This document shows positions 1-9,460 of a stretch of DNA of 64,000 nucleotides, one piece after another. The DNA comes from Nemertoderma westbladi (lineage: Eukaryota; Animalia; Xenacoelomorpha): positions 693 to 64,692 of the forward strand of contig JAUCBJ010005522.1 of NCBI GenBank assembly GCA_032718475.1. Reading direction: 5' to 3'. The position numbers and the translations under genes were made by a program. A model generated the notes under the pieces. The model was not told where the DNA came from, did no database searches, and was given only the letters and a program-made list of their open reading frames with translations. Within the stretch, counting starts at the first letter, position 1. Each line of letters starts with the position of its first letter.

Positions 1-124
1 ACTGGAACTACTGATGCTCTAAATAATCGGACCTTCGGAGTTTCCGATTAATTCTATGTGACTTCCAAATCCTGGAAAGCCTATTCAAGGCTGCCCATGC
101 CTTTACCCTTACGTATCCTCACCT
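1..124 (-). mobile_element. RTE-family LINE fragment (RT C-terminal region), cut by the window edge
   Basis: Aligns by eye with 6165-6291 of the full-length RTE copy (ctaaataatcggacctt...ctattcaaggctgcccatgcc). Confidence 0.85.
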
Positions 125-536
125 TTATTAGTGTAATTTTACTAGCTAAATCACATACAGTATTTAATTAAAATCACTAGCTACAAGAAATACTAGCTTT
201 GATAACAACAAAATAACCAAATTAAATAATTTTGTTCGAGAACAAAAATTATTTGTTCTAGAACAACAATTTTTTGTTCTAGAACAAAATTAATGAGAAC
301 TTACCAAAACACAGTAGTACTTGTCCAGGTATTCGACTTAATAATAAATAAAAAAACTTAATACAGCCACCCCAAACAACCGGGTTTAAAACAAAACACT
401 ATATTCAATGACATGAAGTTCAATCTCAAAAATCTTTTCGGTTATTTTTTCCACATTTTGTTGCACATAAATTATTACTGGTACTGTACATCTTTGTAAT
501 TTATTGTTTTAGTTCATCGTCTACGTAATACAGGAT

Positions 537-2714
537 TTAATCACAGTAACTTAACATATAGTCTCTAGTGGGCATGTCTTTTTTGAGACAGAAACATCTG
601 TTTTCTGTTTTACTGAACGTTGTTCTACTACCGAGTTGGTGGTAATCCCGCAACTTTCTCCGAGGAAGAAACTTCTGTCTGTGCGGCCGAATTATGTGTT
701 GACAACCGAAATATTCCATCGCTGCTAGTAGGGGAATCCATATCAGGTTAAAACCGATGAGGAACCAGGCAATTCGATATAAATGGTCCAGTGTAGTATA
801 TTCTTCGAACTTTTGCCTTCCTGAGGATATAATCAGAAACACCGTTAACCCCACATTTATAAGCAACAACAATGGTGCAGAATATCTCATTGCGAAAGTT
901 AATAACATTGGTGGTTTTCTCCCTACCAAGGTCTCATATTCGATAACAATCCGTTTAATACCGACTCCGTACACCAAGCATATAATCGCGAGGTTACTGA
1001 TGATAACGTGAATAATGTACTCCACGTGTATGTTGTAAAATCCCAGAAGGGTTTCTCCATATTGCGTGGCAAAAACTAAATTCATACAGAATGCCAGGAA
1101 GCATAGTAGCATCACCCGTACTTGTTCCTTAACCCGCAGCACACATATATAGTCGCAGAGAGCGTTGTGAATAATCTGAAAGTATCCGAACACAGAGTCA
1201 ATGCCCAAAGCAAAAATGGATAAGTATAGAAGGGCGCTCCATAGGTTTGCGTAATCTTTAGATATCACCAATATGGTATTTGCCAAGCTTACGAACGCAA
1301 ATTTTGGATCGTCTTCCATAATATCAACGTTGTTGAATCTATTTGGTATATCAACGTATTGCATGTCATCATCTACTGTGTTTGGTTTTAGGGTATTAAA
1401 TATTGCTTCTGAGTATTCATTTATACAGAGCTCCGAGGAACTATTACTTCGCTCGCATATGTTGTTTGCCTCAATATAAACTTCTACCCCTTTAACTGCA
1501 AAAACCACCAAAGCAGCCAACCCTTCGGTAAATATAACTATGATGAGTATATACATTGCATCGTGATGAAACTTATTGCTTCTTTTCACTGTTGAGCCCA
1601 TTAGACATAAGAATCCTGTGTTTATAGCAAAGGTTTTCTGTACATGTACCAAGGCCTCGATGAACATAAGTAATATCTCCTTGCCTTTGGATGGAAGGCG
1701 TGCTGGTATCAGGAAGAAAAATATACCCTCCACTGCTCCATTTTGCGTTGCGAGGGTTATTATGAAGACAGTCATTGCCAAATAAGGGAATGTTGCGGTC
1801 ACGTATATAACCTTTTTCGAAGTGTGCAACCCTCGTATTAATGAGAAACAAATCATAAGCCAACAGAAGAACATACTTACAACCACTGTGGTGTTTAACG
1901 ATGCATCATTGTCCTCTTTTGTCAGGGACTTTCTCTTGAAGAAGTCTTCAGTTGGGTAATCCGGGTCGCATTCCTTGACAAACCATACATCTCTCACACC
2001 ATGTGCGATACTGGTGTTGTTCAGTTCCTTACACCTTGCCCATGGTAAATTGAATTGGAAGGACATGAAGAAATACATAACGCAGTATGCAACAAGTGTG
2101 GTGTATGAAAGTGCTTTTAGAACACAATTAATTACTTGGGCTATACCGAATCCAGCCATATAAGGGTTTATTGTGTGGTACATGTTCCAAGGGCCTTGTA
2201 GAGTTAATTGTCCGAATAGCAGCTCCAAAATCATGCAAGGCAAGGCCATTGCTAAACTGCATATTACATATGGTATCATAAACCATATCCCACCATTCTT
2301 GTTCATTATTAACGGGAAATCCCAAAAAGTACCAATACCAACAACATATCCAGTAATGGATAGTATGTACTGAAGTTTGTTATCCCACAATGAGGTATCA
2401 TTGTCTGGATGCCATGATTTCCATTTGAAATATTCCTCCTTGGACGAGGAAAGTTGGTACATTTTCAGATCATCTTCTGTAATCACGTTGTCTGTGTCAC
2501 AGAATTCCATATCGATAGATTGTTGAAGAATAGATGTCCTTTGAATGCTATTATTGATCTTAACAAAGCTCCGAGTTGAATGAAAATCTGTGTTTAAGTC
2601 TTGTAAACAAGAATCACGGATCGCATGAGTGGTGATGGTATCCGTGGATCTATTACCTTCTTCCTCAAGATCTCCCTTGTCCTGTGGAGTGCATATAGAT
2701 CTTTCTAACTCCAT
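537..2714 (-). CDS. Divergent SLC6 (neurotransmitter:sodium symporter) family transporter, most like the B0AT/SLC6A15-20 amino-acid branch; single exon
   Basis: 725-aa ORF with NSS motifs WDNKLQYILS..GYVVGIG..W.FP...KNGG..F.IPY, LELLFGQ, LPW..C, SKKVIYVTATFPY, LGIDSVF and about 12 hydrophobic segments. Confidence 0.9.
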   Translation of the reverse strand: MELERSICTPQDKGDLEEEGNRSTDTITTHAIRDSCLQDLNTDFHSTRSFVKINNSIQRTSILQQSIDMEFCDTDNVITEDDLKMYQLSSSKEEYFKWKSWHPDNDTSLWDNKLQYILSITGYVVGIGTFWDFPLIMNKNGGIWFMIPYVICSLAMALPCMILELLFGQLTLQGPWNMYHTINPYMAGFGIAQVINCVLKALSYTTLVAYCVMYFFMSFQFNLPWARCKELNNTSIAHGVRDVWFVKECDPDYPTEDFFKRKSLTKEDNDASLNTTVVVSMFFCWLMICFSLIRGLHTSKKVIYVTATFPYLAMTVFIITLATQNGAVEGIFFFLIPARLPSKGKEILLMFIEALVHVQKTFAINTGFLCLMGSTVKRSNKFHHDAMYILIIVIFTEGLAALVVFAVKGVEVYIEANNICERSNSSSELCINEYSEAIFNTLKPNTVDDDMQYVDIPNRFNNVDIMEDDPKFAFVSLANTILVISKDYANLWSALLYLSIFALGIDSVFGYFQIIHNALCDYICVLRVKEQVRVMLLCFLAFCMNLVFATQYGETLLGFYNIHVEYIIHVIISNLAIICLVYGVGIKRIVIEYETLVGRKPPMLLTFAMRYSAPLLLLINVGLTVFLIISSGRQKFEEYTTLDHLYRIAWFLIGFNLIWIPLLAAMEYFGCQHIIRPHRQKFLPRRKLRDYHQLGSRTTFSKTENRCFCLKKDMPTRDYMLSYCD

Positions 2715-2970
2715 TGCATTTATGTTGTATGTGAATTATTTTAGTAATATGTTTTTCAAAAATAGTTTATGGCACTTGCAGCATTATATTTGGAATATAC
2801 TTTGCGAGGTCGTTATAAATTTTAATATATAATAATATTCTAGAGCAAATACTGTCTGTTCGAGAACATGTTATATTTTAATTTTTTGCAAGATTCAGTA
2901 TGCGGTACGATCCGTTTGAATCCTATTCCTATACCCTCAAATAACGAGTGGTCGTCTGGATCAGTTCATG

Positions 2971-3005
2971 TGTGGCCGTCACACGTAGGTGTCTATATAT
3001 TCCGT
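2971..3005 (+). repeat. Isolated monomer of 34-bp satellite A
   Basis: tgtggccgtcacacgtaggtgtctatatattccgt matches the unit of the 4569-10668 array. Confidence 0.8.
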
Positions 3006-4568
3006 GTCACACTCTTACAGTACCAGAGCTAGTGCTTCAAACTTCTACCTCCCGAATTGTAAATCCTTTGAATCTGATACTTTCCTTTTTAACGGTATTA
3101 AAAATTGGATCGCTCTGCCTAATGAAATTAAAAACCTAGATAATCAACATTCTTTTAAATCTGCAGTTAAATCTCACCTCCGTGTGCAATGTAAAAATAG
3201 GTACAATAGTCCTACAGTAAGTTATTAGTTTATTAACTAGAACGCCATCAAGATGGCTTTAAACGAACCTGTCTTACACAGACTCCAAGAAACAGATGGG
3301 ATTGGAAGATGCAACCAAGAATGACTTGCATCAACCAAAAAACTGCCTCCCATCTAATGTAATACACATTCGCCTAGGCAAACAAATCATAATCACAATT
3401 ACTACGATGTGTGAAATGGTATCCATATCCGCAACCTGAGAAACGGCCCAAAAGAGCAGTTTATTCTGCGGAGGGGTCTTTTCTGTATTAGATAAATAAA
3501 ATAAAGAACACTATAATTACAGTATTTATACCTGATACATTCTCAGTTAGCCTAATAAAAACATCGGAGCAACCAATATAATGTACATGTACATGCCTCC
3601 TATGAAAGTTTGTGAAATGTTCCCTTAAGTCTACCCAACAGCCGTTGGTACCCGGCTGGCAGCCACCCTGGTTCAGTTTTATGGTTTTGTTAGTTTAATC
3701 GACAGCTGTTGTAAACGTCCCAGATATACAAAACCCTTCTAAGCCTTTGCATTCCAATTGAGCTTAGCCTAAGTTGATGACAGTATTATAACGATGACAA
3801 TTAGGCCCTATAGATACATACGATATATAAATGATGTACTGCTTGACATTACACTAACTGGCTGAATAGAGATAGAACTATAATAATACGTTTGGCATTC
3901 TGTCAGATTTCAGTAGTAAGTAACCTCATAATAATTGCTAAATATCAATCACCTGAAAAACATTTCAAGCAAGGGAGTTGTGGGTATTTAATTTCGCGTT
4001 CAATAATGTTGAAAATATGCAAATATTTCGAATATCGCACTTCGAATCGTTCCCAACTTTTTTATTCAACAACTAGACAACAATTAATAAATACTTGCGT
4101 TTACAATTTTACAATGCATGCAAGTGGTTTCAAGCCATTTGGTGAACATACATAGTGACATATATAGTGATATAGGTAAATATATAAATATATATATCCA
4201 TCGTGTTTTTGCCGGCCTCAGCTTTAGACAAAAACTACCCAGTCTAAAGACAGGTTCGTTATTATTTACTATTTATACTGTAATTACGTTTTATATTAAA
4301 TTGTACTGTACATTACATCTTTATCGTTGAGTCGGGCATTGTCACGCTCTCGGTAAAGTTGTACATGTACATAGTGTAATTACGTTTTATATTGGTTTTA
4401 GGTTAGCGTAGTGTAATATTGTATTTGTAACCAAGTAACATAAAGGACCCCCTTGGAAATAAGCTGCAAAGCTTTAGGGGTAATCCTATATGTTATGTTG
4501 GACAATACCTTTATACCGGTACATTGTTTGGTGTATTTGTTATTGTTTTTACATAATGTATAAATAAA
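3006..4568 (+). mobile_element. 5'-truncated L2/Crack-type LINE (RT C-terminus plus 3' UTR); 3233-4198 may be a nested insertion
   Basis: Peptide HSYSTR...F...G.K.W..LP.EIK.....SFK..VK (3006-3228); 3' stem-loop ggacccccttggaaataag...ctttaggggtaatcc (4445-4486); ends in (taaa)n; flanked by 14-bp direct repeat TCTATATATTCCGT (2992-3005 and 4569-4582). Confidence 0.65.
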
Positions 4569-5712
4569 TCTATATATTCCGTATGGCCGTCTCAGGTTGG
4601 TATCTATATATTCCGTGTGGCCCTCTCACAGTGGTATATATTCCGTGTGGCCGTCTCACGTTGGTGTCTATATATTCCGTGTGGCCGTCTCACAGTGGTG
4701 TCTATATATTCCGTATGGCCGTCTCACAGTGGTGTCTATATATTCCGTGTGGCCGTCTCACAGTGGTGTCTATATATTCCGTGTGGCCGTCTCACAGTGG
4801 TGTCTATATATTCCGTATGGCCGTCTCACGTTGGTGTCTATATATTCCGTGTGGCCGTCTCACAGTGGTGTCTATATATTCCATATGGCCGTCTCACATT
4901 GGTGTCTATATATTCCGTGTGGCCGTCTCACAGTGGTGTCTATATATTCCGTATGGCCGTCTCACAGTGGTGTCTATATATTCCGTGTGGCCGTCTCACA
5001 GTGGTGTCTATATATTCCGTATAGCCGTCTCACGTTGGTGTCTATATATTCCGTGTGGCCGTCTCACAGTGGTGTCTATATATTCCGTATGGCCGTCTCA
5101 TGTTGGTGTCTATATATTCCGTATGACCGTCTCACAGTGGTGCCTATATATTCCGTATGGCCGTCTCACGTTGGTGTCTATATATTCCGTGTGGCCGTCT
5201 CACATTGGTGTCTATATATTCCGTGTGGCCGTCTCACAGTGGTGCCTATATATTCCGTGTGGCCATCTCACGTTGGTGTCTATATATTCCGGGTGGCCGT
5301 CTCACTGTGGTGTCTATATATTCCGTGTGGCCGTCTCACAGTGGTGCCTATATATTCCGTATGGCCGTCTCACGTTGGTGTCTATATATTCCGTATGGCC
5401 GTCTCACTGTGGTGTCTATATATTCCGTGTGGCCGTCTCACAGTGGTGCCTATATATTCCGTATGGCCGTCTCACGTTGGTGTCTATATATTCCGTATGG
5501 CCACTCACAGTGGTGTCTATATATTCCGTGTGGCCGTCTCACAGTGGTGTCTATATATTCCTTGTGGCCGTCTCACAGTGGTGTCTATATATTCAGTATG
5601 GCCGTCTCACTGTGGTGTCTATATATTCCGTGTGGCCGTCTCACAGTGGTGCCTATATATTCCGTATGGCAGTCTCACATTGGTGTCTATATATTCCGTG
5701 TGGCCGTCTCAC
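4569..5712. repeat. 34-bp tandem satellite A, left block (~33 units)
   Basis: Unit TGGTGTCTATATATTCCGT(G/A)TGGCCGTCTCAC(AG/GT/TG); the 34-aa periodicity of the ORFs equals 3 x 34 nt. Confidence 0.97.
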
Positions 5713-5750
5713 TACTACTAGGATCGGCATGCTGCATTGCAGCTGCATTT

Positions 5751-7859
5751 TTAAGAATGCTGTGCCGGCTTGTCAACAAAATTGCACCGCCACAACTCCC
5801 TATCACCCATGACATTTGCTAGATCATCCGCATCTTTAAGGCCAGTGTCCTTTAAGATGCGTCTCAAGAAAGTCATGGGCTGTCCACCATGCTTATTCAC
5901 TCCATGAGGCTGCCAAAGTACAAGATTATGCACTGGCTGGTCCTCACGGCGAAAGCAATGTCCTGCAAAGCGGAGGCGATTTTGTTCTAGTGTCAAGCTT
6001 GGGGGAACCAATGAGACACCTCCAATGTTATATAGTGTCTGGTTGGAGATGTGTGCATTGTACTTGACACAATGAACCCGGCGTAGCATTCTTGTGAATG
6101 TGCCATCCAGAGATTTGGTGTCCTCAGCAGTTAGAGCCCAGCATGGACTCCCGTAGAGGAGTACTAGAACTACTGCTGCTCTAAATAATCGGACCTTAAG
6201 TTTCCGATTAATTCTAGGTGACTTCCAAATCCTGGAAAGCCTATTCAAGGCTGCCCATGCCTTTCCCTTACGTATTCGAAGGTCCTCACCTGACTTCCAG
6301 ATCCATGATCCCAGGTAACAGAAGTCGTCCACATGCTCAAGCATACCATCCTTTGAGCTTATGCTCATCCGATCAGAGACTTGCTGAGGACTTTCAAAGT
6401 TAACTGTCAGAATTTTGGTCTTTCTGGAGTTAATAAAAAGACCAACACTAGAAGCAGCATATTCTAATGAGCTGAGGAGCCGTTGGGCACCCTCTAATGA
6501 TTCTGAGAGTACTCCTAAGTCATCAGCAAAGTCTAGATCAGTTAGGTACTTGGCAGGATTTCCTCGACTTCTGGAGCCAGTAGGTGGAGTTATCATCACC
6601 CCATCATCATTATGATGATCTAAGGACATGCGTAGAACATAGTCAACCACAATAATGAACAAGAATGGTGCAAGTGTGTCTCCTTGGAGGACGCCCCATA
6701 ACACTTCAAATGGTTCTGTGTCACCGTCAACAGTAGACAAAAATGTTGTCGAACCATCGTATACTGATCTGATTGCTGCAATAATTTCATCAGGAATCCC
6801 ATATAATGAAAGTATGCTGAACATACGTGACCGAGAGACTGAATCAAAGGCCTTGAAGAAGTCAACAAAGATAACAGCCAGATGCCTGTCTTTCTTTTTT
6901 GATAATTCTTCAATTATCCTTCTAAGTGCCAAAATGGGCACCATGGTCCCACGACCTTTACGGAACCCATTCTGATTTCCACGGAGCAGTCTCTCAATGG
7001 GATCCCTGATGCGATTTAATAGAATCCTATTGTATAGCTTTGCAGCAATCGAGATCAATGAGATTCCCCGAAAAGAACCATAGAGTGTTAGGTTGCCCTT
7101 CTTGGGAACTGGCACCAACTTATTTGTTTTCATTTCTTGTGGGACTCTTGTTGTTCGGTACATGTCTACTATGATGGGATAGATGAGCTTTAAACGCTCA
7201 GGTATTTTAAAGACCTCAGGGGGAACACCATCTACTCCACTGGCACGATTGGTCTTAATGCTCTTTGCAGCAGCCTTCACTTCTGCAAAGGAGATATCGC
7301 CAATGGGAATATCTGGGAGTACAGACTCAGACACTTTTACTTCTATAAAGTTATCAGGCAATACCCTGTCATTATTGAGGAGCTTTTCAAAGTGGGCTTT
7401 CCAACCATTGAGGCGATCGGCTGGTGATTCAGCCTTAACCTTGGTGGTTGGTTGGCTTTTCCGCCCAGTAAGCAGATTGATCGATTTCCATGCCTGGGAT
7501 GATTGCTTGTTGTCGTCAGCATCATTGATGGCATCAACCTGTTGGTTTATTAGCTCCTGTAGATTAACAGAGTACTGCCTGTTCAAGGACCTAGATGCAG
7601 CCTTAACTGCATTCTTGGCCGCTGTAGTCTGTTTGAGTCGGGACTCTTTCTGCGACTTATGAAGGTCATTTCGGCACTTCTGAATTTTGTTGTCAGTCCA
7701 GGGGGCCCTTTTCCTGTTTCGAGGGTATACAGGAACTGTTTCTGCAGCTGCTAACTTAACTGCTTCTGTAAAGGCAGTATAGCCCTCACAGTGATCTGCC
7801 GCCTCAGAGGCAAGAGCCTCATACCTGTTGCTCAGCTGTAGTGTGAAGCTGGATCTCAC
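5751..7859 (-). CDS. RTE reverse transcriptase region
   Basis: Motifs FRGISL, QNGFR, FVDFFKAFDSV, GVLQGDTLAPFLF, DFADD, YLGS, RLRFAGHCFR. Confidence 0.93.
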   Translation of the reverse strand: MRSSFTLQLSNRYEALASEAADHCEGYTAFTEAVKLAAAETVPVYPRNRKRAPWTDNKIQKCRNDLHKSQKESRLKQTTAAKNAVKAASRSLNRQYSVNLQELINQQVDAINDADDNKQSSQAWKSINLLTGRKSQPTTKVKAESPADRLNGWKAHFEKLLNNDRVLPDNFIEVKVSESVLPDIPIGDISFAEVKAAAKSIKTNRASGVDGVPPEVFKIPERLKLIYPIIVDMYRTTRVPQEMKTNKLVPVPKKGNLTLYGSFRGISLISIAAKLYNRILLNRIRDPIERLLRGNQNGFRKGRGTMVPILALRRIIEELSKKKDRHLAVIFVDFFKAFDSVSRSRMFSILSLYGIPDEIIAAIRSVYDGSTTFLSTVDGDTEPFEVLWGVLQGDTLAPFLFIIVVDYVLRMSLDHHNDDGVMITPPTGSRSRGNPAKYLTDLDFADDLGVLSESLEGAQRLLSSLEYAASSVGLFINSRKTKILTVNFESPQQVSDRMSISSKDGMLEHVDDFCYLGSWIWKSGEDLRIRKGKAWAALNRLSRIWKSPRINRKLKVRLFRAAVVLVLLYGSPCWALTAEDTKSLDGTFTRMLRRVHCVKYNAHISNQTLYNIGGVSLVPPSLTLEQNRLRFAGHCFRREDQPVHNLVLWQPHGVNKHGGQPMTFLRRILKDTGLKDADDLANVMGDRELWRCNFVDKPAQHS

Positions 7860-7868
7860 ACTTGGCTG

Positions 7869-8711
7869 TTACAACAGAGAGGACCAGTCATGCCGCGGCA
7901 AGGCAGATTTCGTTGTTCTGCTAGCACGCAGACTAAGTCTTACCTTGGCCACAATAAGGCGGTGATCACTGGAGAAGGGTCGAAGTGTAAATGCATTACA
8001 GTCTTGTATAGAGCTCCTGTATTTCCTATGAAACAGAATATGGTCTATCTGGGACTTGTGACCACTGGGTCCACTATGAGTCCATAGCTTTCCAGTTCGC
8101 TTCTTGAACTGGGTTCCAGCCGAAAACAATCCATTTCCAGAGATAAAATCCTGAAGATGGACAGAATTTCGGTTAACACTATTGCTATAGACCCAGGGCG
8201 ATGTAGGTGATTGATGCAGACTTGCATTAAAGTCTCCCAGGAATGTTAAAAATGCATGCTGATCCACTCCATCAGTAGCTGCTTGTAGATTGTGGTAGAA
8301 ATTTTCCACCTCCTCTACAGGGGCAACACTAGTTGGAGAGTAGCACACAATCAGAACCACCTTAGGAAACTTCTTAGCCAGTCTTCCAGAACATGATAAG
8401 TGGCAACGGATGATGCGGTTAGAGATTTGGTCTATTTTGTCCAATGCTGCATGTGCAGTTGGATTCATCAATAGACCAATTCCACCATTGCCACTATCAT
8501 CTGCTGACGCGAGGGCGAGTCGCCAACCGCCCCCCATGTCCTTAATCAGAACCTCATCAGTCTGTCCAGTCTGCATTCGGTGCTCTTGAACACCCACTGC
8601 GCTAAGAGAGAGCTTATCTGCCAAGGCAGTCAGCTCACCTTGTCGCATTGGGGACCCGAGTGTTAGGGTGTTTACTGAGGCTAGTCTAGTGACTTGCCTC
8701 AGATTCACCAA
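7869..8711 (-). CDS. RTE apurinic-type endonuclease region, same frame as RT but separated by one TAA
   Basis: Motifs ASVNTLTL, VGVQEHR, YSPT, GDFNA, QIDHIL, SDH. Confidence 0.9.
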   Translation of the reverse strand: MVNLRQVTRLASVNTLTLGSPMRQGELTALADKLSLSAVGVQEHRMQTGQTDEVLIKDMGGGWRLALASADDSGNGGIGLLMNPTAHAALDKIDQISNRIIRCHLSCSGRLAKKFPKVVLIVCYSPTSVAPVEEVENFYHNLQAATDGVDQHAFLTFLGDFNASLHQSPTSPWVYSNSVNRNSVHLQDFISGNGLFSAGTQFKKRTGKLWTHSGPSGHKSQIDHILFHRKYRSSIQDCNAFTLRPFSSDHRLIVAKVRLSLRASRTTKSALPRHDWSSLL

Positions 8712-9064
8712 TGGCTTTGTTGGTCGGGGTGGAACATGAGAACTCCAACTCCAGAATCCCTCTCCCCATCACAATCTGGCCTCCCTGGTGACCCAGGGTT
8801 TGGGCCAGAAAGGTCATCAGGAAAGGGACTCAAAGAATTGTTGGCTGCTCTCTCTCCAGTAGGGGGTGAGACAGGCAGCCGGTCAGGAGTTAACTGACGC
8901 CTGTGAGGCCGATTGTGTCCAGTAATTCCACTGGCCTCTAGTGGCCGGACCTCCGCATTGCTAATGTAATCCATAGTGGGGGTTGGGGGGTGCTTTTTTG
9001 CCGAGTCAGCTCTCGGGGCAAATACCACACCCTGGTTTGCCATTCCACAGGGTGGGTGTCGCAA
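8705..9064 (-). CDS. Short proline-rich upstream ORF of the RTE (ORF1-like, or a frameshifted N-terminus)
   Basis: 119 codons whose stop overlaps the start of the endonuclease frame; partly conserved in the second copy (RHPPCGMANQ.VVFAPR.DSAKKH at ~14560-14640). Confidence 0.4.
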   Translation of the reverse strand: MRHPPCGMANQGVVFAPRADSAKKHPPTPTMDYISNAEVRPLEASGITGHNRPHRRQLTPDRLPVSPPTGERAANNSLSPFPDDLSGPNPGSPGRPDCDGERDSGVGVLMFHPDQQSHW

Positions 9065-9460
9065 TGGAGTCAGATATGAGGCCCATCACCCATATCTACT
9101 CTGGCGTACATGACCCACCATTGGCTGTTGCAGCTCATCTGCTGGGTCATGCCCTGTACCCTTGCTGCCAGGTGCAGGTTGCAGTGAAGTGCTCTCAGAG
9201 TGGACATGAGAACACTCTACTCCTAACCAGCCATTGGTAGATCACCATCTGCCTGGTCAGGCCATATACCCCTGCAGCCAAGTATATGGGTCCTTAATCC
9301 AGGACCAAGGGCGTCCTTATCCCAGAACGAAGGGGGTCCTAGTTACAGGACCAGATTTGCCCTAGTAAGAGGGTCTATGCAGCTACAGGTAGCACCTCCT
9401 TTATGCTGCATGGAGGTGGCAAGTTTTCTTGATCAATGACTTAGAATACTTGACCTGACC

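Larger units (their letters stand above)
5713..9460 (-). mobile_element. Apparently full-length RTE-clade non-LTR retrotransposon
   Basis: APE endonuclease and RT ORFs, very short 3' UTR with (TAG)n tail at 5713-5720, TSD TGGCCGTCTCAC at 5701-5712 and 9461-9472 (9-12 bp depending on the 5' boundary). Confidence 0.95.

Noticed and set aside
9240-9460. Canonical HDV-like or twister ribozyme
   Set aside because: Could not place P3/L3/P1.1 or the twister core by eye; kept only as a structured leader.
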